Source: an uncultured Candidatus Rokubacteria bacterium (GTDB lineage Bacteria > Methylomirabilota > Methylomirabilia > Rokubacteriales > CSP1-6). Taken from it: 64,000 nt of DNA. The position numbers and the translations under genes were made by a program. The notes beneath the pieces were generated by a model. The model searched no databases and was not told where the DNA came from. It saw only the letters and a program-made list of their open reading frames with translations. The stretch lies in NCBI GenBank assembly GCA_963762145.1, contig CAVXJS010000014.1, forward strand, positions 192,001 to 256,000. The letters are read 5' to 3'. Below, in pieces: positions 30,960 to 40,684 of this stretch; the stretch's first letter is position 1, and each line of letters opens with the position of its first letter.

Positions 30960-33521
30960 ATGCGGATCATCATCGGGTTGCTCCACGGAATCCTGTTCAC
31001 GATCTCGGCCGCCGGTCCGAGCGAAGCCGGCAGCGTGCGCCACGTCAACGGCACGGACGCCACCTGCGGGGGAGCCTCACCCTGCTATGGCACCATCCAG
31101 GCCGCCGTGAACGCCGCGCGCGCCGGCGACACGGTCCAGATCCAATCGGGCAGCTACGTGGAGCAGGTGAGTGTGATCGCGAAGAACGCGAGCGCCACGA
31201 ATCCGGCTAACCGGATCGTCATCCAGGCGGATCCAGCGGCGGTGGTCGGCAGCGTGGTCTTGCGCGGCGCGGTCAATCAGTGCGCAGGAGGACACGCCAT
31301 CCTGGTTCGGCAATCGCGCTTCGTCACCATCCGCGGGTTGACCATCACGGGCGCCGGCGGCGCGGCGATCGCATTGGCGGGCGCCGGCGATCGAAACCTC
31401 GCGGTGCATATCGAGCGCAATCGCATCGTGGGCAACGGCGGCACAGGGTGCGACGGCGGCATCACGATCGGCACGGGGAACGCCGCCACCCTCGTCGTCA
31501 ACAACCTCGTCCTCGCCAATGGCCGCAACGGCATCTCGGCGCTCGAAGGGGAGGGTGGGCCACACACTCTCGTGCAGAACACGATCCACGGCAATGGCTG
31601 GAACGGGGTCAGCGCGACGCGGGCGCACGTGCTCCTGCTCGTCAACAACGCCATCACCGGCAACGGGACTCACGCGGGCTCCACCGGCGGTCGGGTTGGC
31701 GTGAGACGGGAGACCGCGCCGACGCCCCTCGCGATCGTCCTCCGCAACAACCTGATCTGCGGCAACCGGCTCGGCGAGATCGCCGGGCCGGTTCTCGACA
31801 GCGCCGACGGCGTGAATCTCACGCCGGCCGGGACCGAGGGGCCGGGCGTGACGGCGAGCCCCGGATGCGACAATCCCGCGCTCGTCTATCGAGACCTGGC
31901 CGGCGCCGACCATGCCTCGGGCTCGCTCGACGACGATCCAACCCCGGCGGCGGCGTCTCCGCTGATCGATCGCGGCCTCGACCCGCGCACCGTGCTCACG
32001 CCCGATCTGAACGCGCGCTTCGAGGCAGACTACTTTGGCGAGTCGGTGCGCCCGGCTGCCAGCAGCGCCACCGGCCCGGCGCGCTTCGACATCGGTGCGG
32101 CGGAGGTGCGGAGTGATGGGAGACCGCCGGCGATCGTCTTCGGGATCCCCGCCGCCAATGCGCACCTGCGCGGCACCGCCACGATCCAGGCGGTCGGGAC
32201 GGCCGCGAACGGGGCGGTGGCGGCGATTACCCTGCGCGACGGCTCGCAGGAGCTGACCGCGAGCCTCGTTCCGCCGCCCCCGGCGAGCCCGATCACCGCG
32301 ACGGCATCCTGGAACACGGCCACGGTCGCGGACGGAATCCACACGCTGACGGCAACGGTCATCGATCGGTCGCAGAGCGCTGGGACCGCAAGCCGGACGG
32401 TGATCGTGGACAACACCCCGCCGGACACGCAGATCATCGGAGGACCACCCGCGACGGGCGGCGCGCCGTCGGCCGTGTTCACGTTCGCCGGCACCGACAA
32501 CCTGACCGCCGCGGCCGGCCTCGCCTTCGCCTGGCGGCTCGACGGCGGCGCCTTCACCCCGTTTGCCCCGACCAGCAGCGCCACCCTCACCGGCCTCGCC
32601 GCGGGATCCCACGTCTTCGAAGTGACGGCGCGTGATCTGGCGGGCAACGAGGACCCTTCCCCCGCGCGCCGTGCCTTCACGGTGGGCGGCGGGGTGGAGG
32701 TGAGGATCACGGAGCCGGGTGACGGTGTGGCCGTTCCTTCGGGACTTCTGCTGGTTCGTGGTACGGTCGCTCCTGGTGGCATCGATGCGGGTGTCACCGT
32801 CAATGGGGTCGTGGCGGCGAGGCAGGGGAGCTCGTTCGCGGCGATGGTGCCGGTGACGGCGCCGTCGGTCACGCTCACCGCCGTGGCCACGACCGAGTCG
32901 GGGGCCACGGCCACGCACGCGGTCGCGGTGACCGTGTCCGACCTCGGCGAGAACGCTCTGGCGCTCCGCGCTCATCCTGGGACAGGAGGCGTGCCGCTGA
33001 CGACCTCGTTCTCTCTGATCGGCGGGCCCGCTCCCGCGCGCATCGAGCTGGACTTCGATGGCGACGGGCGGACGGACTTCGACGGGCCCACGCTCGACGG
33101 CCAGACGTTCACCTATGCGGCGCCGGGGCTCTTCTATCCGCGCGTCCGCGTCGTCGACGATCAAGGCGTGGCCGTCACCGCCACCGGTCTCGTGCAGGTG
33201 CTCGACCCCGCCGCTCTCGAGGTCCTGCTCCAGGCGCGATGGAGCGGGCTCCGGGACGCCCTGAGCCGGGCCGACGTGCCGGCCGCGGTCGCCCTCTTCG
33301 CAGGTGCCTCACGCGACGCCTATCGCGATCAGCTCACCTCCCTGGCGGGGGTCGGCGCGCTGCCGCAGGTGGCGGCGGCGCTCGGCGCCATCAGCCCGGT
33401 CAAGGTGCTCGACCGCGCGGCCGAGTACGAGCTGAAGGCGGTCCAGCGGGGCACTCTCTACTCCTTCCACGTCCTCTTCGTCATCGACACGGACGGGGTA
33501 TGGCGACTGCGCGTGTTCTGA
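30960..33521 (+). CDS. Large secreted protein: right-handed beta-helix, Ig-like repeats, PKD domain, C-terminal alpha/beta domain
   Basis: Signal peptide, PCYGTIQAAV, N-ladder beta-helix repeats, SPLIDRG..DIGAAE, WNTATVADGIHTLTA, DNTPPDT, DFDGDGRTDF..TYAAPG. Confidence 0.85.
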   Translation: MRIIIGLLHGILFTISAAGPSEAGSVRHVNGTDATCGGASPCYGTIQAAVNAARAGDTVQIQSGSYVEQVSVIAKNASATNPANRIVIQADPAAVVGSVVLRGAVNQCAGGHAILVRQSRFVTIRGLTITGAGGAAIALAGAGDRNLAVHIERNRIVGNGGTGCDGGITIGTGNAATLVVNNLVLANGRNGISALEGEGGPHTLVQNTIHGNGWNGVSATRAHVLLLVNNAITGNGTHAGSTGGRVGVRRETAPTPLAIVLRNNLICGNRLGEIAGPVLDSADGVNLTPAGTEGPGVTASPGCDNPALVYRDLAGADHASGSLDDDPTPAAASPLIDRGLDPRTVLTPDLNARFEADYFGESVRPAASSATGPARFDIGAAEVRSDGRPPAIVFGIPAANAHLRGTATIQAVGTAANGAVAAITLRDGSQELTASLVPPPPASPITATASWNTATVADGIHTLTATVIDRSQSAGTASRTVIVDNTPPDTQIIGGPPATGGAPSAVFTFAGTDNLTAAAGLAFAWRLDGGAFTPFAPTSSATLTGLAAGSHVFEVTARDLAGNEDPSPARRAFTVGGGVEVRITEPGDGVAVPSGLLLVRGTVAPGGIDAGVTVNGVVAARQGSSFAAMVPVTAPSVTLTAVATTESGATATHAVAVTVSDLGENALALRAHPGTGGVPLTTSFSLIGGPAPARIELDFDGDGRTDFDGPTLDGQTFTYAAPGLFYPRVRVVDDQGVAVTATGLVQVLDPAALEVLLQARWSGLRDALSRADVPAAVALFAGASRDAYRDQLTSLAGVGALPQVAAALGAISPVKVLDRAAEYELKAVQRGTLYSFHVLFVIDTDGVWRLRVF

Positions 33522-34102
33522 TCGCCACGATCGTCCTGACGGCACTGGTCGGCGCGAGCCCCGGCGTCGCACAGGATGAGGACACGCCGCTCCGGCCCGC
33601 GGCGGGACCCTATCGGGGCGTGATCGTGGACGACAAGACCGGGCAGCCCCTGCCGGCGGCCGCGGTGATCATCCTGTGGCAGCGCGTGGACGACCAGATC
33701 CAGGGCCTCCGGCGTCTCTCCGCGGCCCGCGAGGTGTTCACGAACGAGCACGGCGAGTTCGTGCACGACGTGGCGAGTGTGGAAGGTCGCTTGCCGCCCC
33801 AGACGTTCGCCCCGCGCATCGTGGTCTTCCGGCCAGGGTACGCGCCGCTGCCGAGCCGGCCCCAGCTCTTCCCGCCCGGCGTCGCCGCCGCGCGATTCAC
33901 CGAGGCGGGAGCATCCGCGCGGCTCGCGCCCGTCACGGACTACGAGGATCGCGCCGAGGCCTTCAACACCTTCGTGGCGATGCTGAACGCCGCCCAGCTC
34001 TTTCCGCCGACGGAGCTGCCCGAGACCTCCGAACTCATACGCTTCGAGCTGGAAAGCCTCGGCGCCCGGCCGATGAAGCCGACTCCCCAGAGTGGACGAT
34101 GA
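33500..34102 (+). CDS. Exported protein with carboxypeptidase-regulatory-like domain (paralog B)
   Basis: Signal peptide, GPYRGVIVDDKTGQPLPAAAV..W, FRPGY. Overlaps the upstream gene by 22 nt. Confidence 0.8.
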   Translation: MATARVLIATIVLTALVGASPGVAQDEDTPLRPAAGPYRGVIVDDKTGQPLPAAAVIILWQRVDDQIQGLRRLSAAREVFTNEHGEFVHDVASVEGRLPPQTFAPRIVVFRPGYAPLPSRPQLFPPGVAAARFTEAGASARLAPVTDYEDRAEAFNTFVAMLNAAQLFPPTELPETSELIRFELESLGARPMKPTPQSGR

Positions 34103-34691
34103 GTGCCTGGGTACGGCTGGTTGCTGTGTGCGCCTTTCTTGCGATAGCCGGCCCGCCAGCGGTTCTCGCGCAAGAGACTCAACCTTTGGACCGCTATCTT
34201 GATCGGCCGCGGGGGCCATACCGGGGACAGGTGGTCGATGCGGAGACCAAGGCTCCGCTTGTCCGGAGCGGTCGTGGTCGTCCGCTGGTTACAGGACCGC
34301 GTCTATCCGCTTCACATGGTGGCCGAGAACTACGCGGTCCGCGAGGCCACGACCGATGCGGCAGGGCGCTTCGTACTGGATGTAAAGGACGTAGAGGAGG
34401 GGGCTCCGCGCCGGACGCGCCGTCCGGGGTTTCTTATCTTCCTTCCTGGATACGGATCGTACCCGAAGCAGCATGTGTCGCCGACTGGATTTACCGGGGG
34501 CATTTTCGAGCGGCCCGGGAACGATCGTCGAGTTGCCCCGCCTCGTGGGCCGAGAGGATCGTCGGAAGAATCTAGGGTCCTTCGGCCCTCACAGTTACTC
34601 GGACAAGCCATTCCGTGACCTCCCGGAGCTCATGCGAAAGATCAACGTGGAAAGAACCGCAATTGGCCTCGAACCATACTCACCGGAGTAG
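34099..34691 (+). CDS. Exported protein with carboxypeptidase-regulatory-like domain (paralog C), two frameshifts
   Basis: GPYRGQVVDAETKAPL / SGAVVVVRW..FLPGY / ..DLPEL. Aligns end-to-end with paralog B after removing +1 bases near 34260 and 34518. Confidence 0.72.
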
Positions 34692-34693
34692 CT

Positions 34694-36788
34694 ATGAGCA
34701 AAATGTTGCTACCAATGTTCGCAGTTGTATTCCTGATATTGCCCGTTCACGCAGTCGCGTATGAAGTCTTGACGCACGAGGAGATCACTCGAACGGCTGG
34801 TAAGGCGGTCTTCGTTGGACGGAGTTCTCCGTTCCCAACTCGGAGTGGGTGGTGGCGTTGACACAATCGTTCGCGGTCAGGCCCTGACGGAATGGCTAGC
34901 ACAAGGAGGACGACGGGAGGACGACTTCCTTCGCTATCTCAATCATTTCCATACCCCGCTTGCAGACTGGTCGGCGGCGGGCCTGCTGGGAAGCCTCGGA
35001 CAGTCGGCCATTCTCTGGGGGCAGAACACGAGTCTGTCGGGCTGGTCGTGGCAGGACGTCCGCAACTCATATTTTGATGCGCTGACCAGGTCGGCTCGCT
35101 CAGACCGGGACGCCAAGTTGACGGGAACGTTTGAGGGTCTTGGACGGCAGGTGCATCTAGTTCAGGATGCCGCGTCACCAGCGCACACCCGGAACGACCC
35201 ACACGCGCTCTATAACTACGAGTCGCTGGTAGACGACGTTCGTGAGAAGGACGAGACGATTTTCAACGCGTGGTTGACAGGCGCGACTGACACGCCCGGC
35301 GTGCCCGATCCAGGTTGGCAGGCGCTCGACAGCAATCCCCTGGCGATGGTGGCTACAGCGCGGCTGATCGACACCGATCGATACCTGGGCGCGAATTCCG
35401 CGGTCACCACGGCGGGGCTCATCGGGCTAGCCGAGTACACGAACGCCAACTTCTTCAGCGAAGATCGAATCTTCACCGAAAACGACGTCGACCCGCTGAA
35501 GCGGTTTCCCTATCCGAATCGGTCGAGCGTGACGGAGCAGGACTTCGACGTGAGCGTCAGAGGGGCGACCGTCAAGCGCCGATACTTCGTCAAGACCGCC
35601 GATGGGGCCACGGGGTACCGACTGGCCACCGTCGGGCTGCTCCGCGACTATCAACAGCGGTTCAACCTCGACTGGACGCGGTTCCGGGAGAGTCCCGCGC
35701 TCGATGAGGCGGTCTACCGAGACTATGCTCAGCGGCTTGTGCCGCGCGCGGTCGCCTACTCGACGGCGCTCCTGGACTACTTCTTCCGAGGACTCGTGGT
35801 CGCCTCCGGGAACGATCTGTCGTTCGGGTTCGGGAACGGCGGCGACGAGACCATGGACGGGACGTTCACCCTGTACTACGACGACGGTAACGACACGCGT
35901 CGTCCCGTGCCGGGCGCGCAGTGGACGAGGGTCCTTGCGCCGTCGGGATTCGCGGAAGATCTCACCCTGGTGGCGCCGAGTAACCCGCCCGCCAAGGAGC
36001 CCGGGAAGTACATGCTGGTCTTCCGCGGCGCCCTCGGGAACGAGCGGGACGCGGTGGTGGGACGGCAGATCTTCCTCGAATCGATGATGGTGGCCCGCCT
36101 GGTCAAGCGCAGCGACGGGACGCCCCATCGGGGGGCCGCCGTCCAGGCGATCGACGTGCAGAACGGACAGATCCTGAGCTCCGGTGTGACCGATCAGGAT
36201 GGGCGAGTTCAGCTGACCTGGAAGCCCGGGCGGACGGTCCTGTTCATCCCGGCCGTCAACCTCTTCCCGATGTACTGGGCGGGCGCGAGCACGTTCTCGA
36301 GCAGCATCGAAGGCGGCCGGATCGTCCAGACGGCGGACCTCGATGCGCAGCGGCAGGTGACCATCCCGATTCCGCTGATCCTGGCCGCGTGGCCGGAGCG
36401 AACCGAGTCGTGCACGGAGCGGCAGCTCTTTGCTCATTCGCCGAATGGGTTCTTCCAGCAGACGCTGTCGCTGGGTGACGGTCTGGCGGACTTTCGGCAG
36501 GTGATCTACGGAGTCAACCTCATCACGTTCATCCGGGACGACAACGGGCAGGAGACCGTCCTCTGTGGCGCGGACACCGGATTCGGGTGTGTGGACCCCC
36601 GGGCCGGGTTCGTGGCCGAGGATGTCAACCGGGTCGGCCAGGTGGTGGGGCGCCTCGTGCGCGATGTGTTTGCCCGGCACACTCGGCAGATCGTCAACGA
36701 AGGTGGCCTCGAGCCGATCGGTCCGCCGACCTGCGATACCGAGTACGCCGAGGTCGAGGTAGTTCCGGTCACGGTGGCCGAGGAGTAG
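34694..36788 (+). CDS. Secreted phospholipase C/S1-P1 nuclease-superfamily protein with C-terminal beta domains, frameshift near 34810
   Basis: Signal peptide then YEVLTH, EDD, NHFH, HLVQDAASPAH, H..YE, matching trinuclear-zinc ligand spacing. Confidence 0.72.
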
Positions 36789-36838
36789 CCGTTGACTCGC
36801 CGGGAGCGCCGTCCTAGGATGGCGCTCCCGGATCGAGC

Positions 36839-38102
36839 GTGACCAGCAAACCTTTCCTCATCATCGTGCTCGCGCTCGGTATCGGCCTGCCCGCGACCCT
36901 CGCGCGCGCGGCGCCCCTGCCGGAGCGGACACCACCCTCGGGCTTCGCGTCCGTCAACGGTGCCACCGGCGGACGCACCCTCGCCGGCACGTTCAGCGGC
37001 AACGCCCGCTCCGCCGCCGCGGTGCTGGGTGGCATGCTGGGCGCCCTCCGCGGGTACTTCGACGGGGCGCCAGTGGTCTCGAGCGCCGTCGGCGATCCCG
37101 CGGACCGTGGCATCATGGCCTTCTTCGACGCGCACCTGCAGGGCACGCCGGTGCGCGGCGCCATGATCGTCCAGCTCAACGACGGCGGCGGGGGCGGCGT
37201 CGCGGTTCTCTTCGATCGGCCCGCGGACATTGCCCGCTCGTTCCCGGCCATGTCCCGGCAGCTCGGCGGCATCCAGGTGCCCGGCGGCGGGCCGGCCCAG
37301 CGGCCGGTAGCACTCCAGCAGCAGACCACGCCCGACGGCAAGGCGGCCATCGGCGTGCCGCCGGGCTGGCGCATCAGCGGCTACGGCAACGGTGCGGTTG
37401 ACGTGGCCGGCCCGCAGGGCCAGCTCGTGGACGTGGGCATCTACCTGCCGATCATGGTGCGCCCGACCTTCGTGGGCCCGGTGGCGGGCACGATCTATCT
37501 GCCGTTCATCGCCGACCCCGCCGCGGCCGTGCCCGTCGTGAGCCAGGCGCTCTCGCAGCAGACCGTCGCCCGCGGCGGCCAGGGCACGACCAACGTCGAG
37601 GTGCTGGAGCGCTACAACACGCCGCCGCCCACCGGCTCGGGCCAGGCCGCCTACCTCTTTGCCCGCTCGCGCATCGGCGGACGGCCCTACTACCACTTCG
37701 CCCTCGTGAACACGGCGCCCATCGACGCCAACGCGTGGACCTACTACTACTCCACGGTGGCCGCGCCCGACGGCGTCTTCCAGCGCGACTTCGCGCTGAT
37801 GCTGAACGTGTGGCGCTCGTGGTCGCTCAACCAGCAGATGCTGCGCGACCGGCTGCAGGACGCCGCCACCAAGATGCGCCAGACCGGGGAGATCCTGCGC
37901 TCGGCCGCGCGCGGGCAGAGCGAGGCCTACGACCGCGCGAACAAGGGCTTCAGCTACTACCTGCGCGGCGTCGAGGTGCTCGAGCACAGCCCGTCCGGGC
38001 CGGCGCGGCAACTTCGATCGCGACTACGCCGACGCGGTGGTGAAGGCGGACCCGACCAAGTACCGCCTGGTCCCGCCGAGCCAGTACCGCACGACCGACT
38101 AG
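36839..38102 (+). CDS. Secreted hypothetical protein, frameshift near 38000
   Basis: Signal peptide, host-like codon usage. The natural-looking tail RGNFDRDYADAVVKADPTKYRLV ends at TAG 38102 in another frame. Confidence 0.7.
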
Positions 38103-38254
38103 GACGCCGCCCGCCGCCCTAGCGCCCCGATCCCGCCGCGCACGTTCCTTCGAGCAAGGCCCAGTAAGGGCAGAGACACGTTGACACCTCGGAGAGGGCG
38201 TCCTCTACACTATTGACGATTCGTGTCGCATTCCGATGCAAGGAGGCTCTCCCG

Positions 38255-39631
38255 ATGATGCGCAGTCGGCTCCTGCTGATCTCGGTGTTGGTCTTGGGCG
38301 TCCTCGGTTGCGCGCAGAAAGAGCCCTATCGGATCGGCGAGGCGGCCAGCGAGGTCGTGAGCGCGGATCCGACCCTCTGCCCGGAGCTGAAGGAAGCATC
38401 GCCCCACAAGATCCCCGTCGCGTACGTCGAGATCGACGAGCAGGGCTACTTCCACGACCGCGATCAGGTGAACCACGCGCTCGAGCTCGTCGCGAAGCCG
38501 GGGAAGCCGAAGTACGTGGTGGTCTTCGTCCACGGCTGGTTTCACAGCGCGAGCACCGACGACGACAACGTCCAGCGCTTCAAGTGTGCGCTGAACAACA
38601 TCCAGAGCATCGAGGGCAATGCCGACAAGGAAGTTGTCGGCGTCTACGTCGGATGGCGCGGGGAGTCGTGGACGATTCCGGGAATCAAGTTCGTGACGTT
38701 CTGGGATCGCAAGAACACCAGCGACGAGATCGGGCGGGGCTCGCTGGTGGAGTTCCTGACCCGGCTCGAGCAGACGGTCAAGCCTCCGGGGGACGATCGC
38801 AACAAGCTGATGCTGGTGGGCCACAGCTTCGGCGCCTCGGTCGTGTTCAACTCGATCGCCCCGATCCTCATGGAGCGGTTCCTGCTGGATACGGCCCGCC
38901 TTGCCTCGAAGACGGCGGGTGGCCATTCGCAGTCCAAGCCCGGGCTCGTCTCCGGCTATGGCGATCTGGTGGTGCTGGTGAATCCGGCGATCGAGGCCAC
39001 CCGTATCATGCCGTTCTTCAGCATGCTGAACGCCTACACGGGCGAGCAGCCCGATCTGTTCGCGCCGGGCCAGCCGGCCCGGCTGGTGATCCTCTCGTCC
39101 GAAGGGGACTGGGCGACGCGCGTCACCTTCCCGGTAGCGCGCGTCTTCTCGACGATGCTGGAGGTGTACGCCGATCGGGAGCTGGTGACGCCCTACAAGA
39201 CCTCCATCAAGCTGGGGCAGCGATACCTCGACCGGCAGACCATGGGCAACGTCGCGGAGATCCAGACGCACCATCCGCTCAAGGAAGCCCAGCCGTGGAA
39301 CGGCAAGTGCCCCCAGAACCGGAGCGACTCGAACTGGCTCGAGGACGCGATCAAGGCGCGGATGGAGGAGCAGCGGGCCAAGGGCGAGACGCCGACCGGC
39401 GCCGGCTGGTGGCGGGTCTTCGGCGGGTCCACGATCGCGATCGCGCATCGCGGGATCACGACGCCCTCGAACCCGCTGTGGATCATGGCGGTCAGCACGA
39501 AGCTGATCCCGAGTCACAGTGGGATCGCCAATCCCGTGCTGATCTGCCTGTTCGACGAGCTGCTCAGCGATCCGGAGAAGGCGAAGAGCGCGGGAGAGCA
39601 GTACCGGCCGGAGCCGCCCATCAAGAAGTAG
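38255..39631 (+). CDS. Alpha/beta hydrolase (lipase/esterase-like) lipoprotein
   Basis: AAGGAGG RBS, lipobox LGC, VFVHGW, GHSFG nucleophile elbow, LVNPA, SEGD, terminal His (PSHSG). Confidence 0.82.
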   Translation: MMRSRLLLISVLVLGVLGCAQKEPYRIGEAASEVVSADPTLCPELKEASPHKIPVAYVEIDEQGYFHDRDQVNHALELVAKPGKPKYVVVFVHGWFHSASTDDDNVQRFKCALNNIQSIEGNADKEVVGVYVGWRGESWTIPGIKFVTFWDRKNTSDEIGRGSLVEFLTRLEQTVKPPGDDRNKLMLVGHSFGASVVFNSIAPILMERFLLDTARLASKTAGGHSQSKPGLVSGYGDLVVLVNPAIEATRIMPFFSMLNAYTGEQPDLFAPGQPARLVILSSEGDWATRVTFPVARVFSTMLEVYADRELVTPYKTSIKLGQRYLDRQTMGNVAEIQTHHPLKEAQPWNGKCPQNRSDSNWLEDAIKARMEEQRAKGETPTGAGWWRVFGGSTIAIAHRGITTPSNPLWIMAVSTKLIPSHSGIANPVLICLFDELLSDPEKAKSAGEQYRPEPPIKK

Positions 39632-39656
39632 CTAGTGTTGTTTCCCGGACGACGGA

Positions 39657-40652
39657 CTAGGCGGGGATGACGCGGTCGGCCCGGAGCATCACGGCCGGAG
39701 CCAGGGTGCGGCCGATGGCCTGCGCGGTCTTGAGGTTGACGACCAGCTCGAACCGCGTCGGCTGCTGCACCGGCAGGTCGGCGGGCTTCGCGCCTTTGAG
39801 GATGCGATCCGCGTAGACGGCCAGATTCTGCCACTCGGCGGCGAGGCTGGGCCCGTAGCTCATGAGCGCGCCGGCGTCCGCAAATTGCGACCAGCCGCCC
39901 ATGGACGGGATCCGGCGCCGGATGGCGTAGTCGGCCAGGGCCTTCCGGTAGTTCAGCATCAGGGCGTCCGGAAAGACCACGATGGCGTCGGTCTTTCCCT
40001 TTGCCATCGTCTCGAACGCCGTCTCGAGGTCCTTGTCGTTCCGCACCCGTAACGGGTGCGCGGCCAGCCCCAGGGACCGGGCCGCCGCGACCGATTCCCG
40101 CAGCTCCGACTGCTCGCCCGCATGATCGGGATTCGAGAGAATTGCCACGTTCGCCAGGTCGCTCACCGTCTCCTTCAGCAGCTCCATCCGCTTGCCGACG
40201 AGCTGGACCGCCAGGAAGGTCGTGCCGGTGATGTTGCCGCCGGGACGCGCGAGGCTGGCCACGATGCCGGCCTCCGCCGGGTCCGCGCTCATGCCGAACA
40301 GGACCGGGGTGGTCCCGGCCGCCTGCTTGACCAGCCGGATCACCGGGCCCTGGCTCACGAGCAGGTCCACCTTCTGGCGCAACAGCTCTTCCGTGAAGGT
40401 AAGGGCGCGCTCCGACGACCCCTCGCTCCACCGGGCCTCGAGGACGTAGCTCTGGCCCTCGACCTGGCCGGCCTGGCGCAGGCCCTCGCGAAAGCTATCC
40501 AGGTACACGGTGGCCCCGGTCGGGGAGCCGCTCGAGACCCATCCGATCCGGGCCGGCTTCCGCGCCGGCTGCGCGCCGACGCGGGTGCCGGCGGCGAGAA
40601 GGCCAAACGCAAGGCTGCTGCCGAACGCGCGACGCGAGATCAGGCGGGTCAT
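39657..40652 (-). CDS. ABC transporter substrate-binding protein (stand-alone)
   Basis: SRRAF leader, SLARPGGNITG, GALMSYGP, ILKGAKPADLPVQQPTRFELVVNLKTA. Confidence 0.92.
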   Translation of the reverse strand: MTRLISRRAFGSSLAFGLLAAGTRVGAQPARKPARIGWVSSGSPTGATVYLDSFREGLRQAGQVEGQSYVLEARWSEGSSERALTFTEELLRQKVDLLVSQGPVIRLVKQAAGTTPVLFGMSADPAEAGIVASLARPGGNITGTTFLAVQLVGKRMELLKETVSDLANVAILSNPDHAGEQSELRESVAAARSLGLAAHPLRVRNDKDLETAFETMAKGKTDAIVVFPDALMLNYRKALADYAIRRRIPSMGGWSQFADAGALMSYGPSLAAEWQNLAVYADRILKGAKPADLPVQQPTRFELVVNLKTAQAIGRTLAPAVMLRADRVIPA

Positions 40653-40684
40653 GGGTGCCTGCATTCTATAGTAGAATCGCGGCC

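Noticed and set aside
30800-39650. Integrative element or prophage explaining the accessory region
   Set aside because: No integrase, transposase, tRNA, phage gene or flanking att-like repeat was seen.
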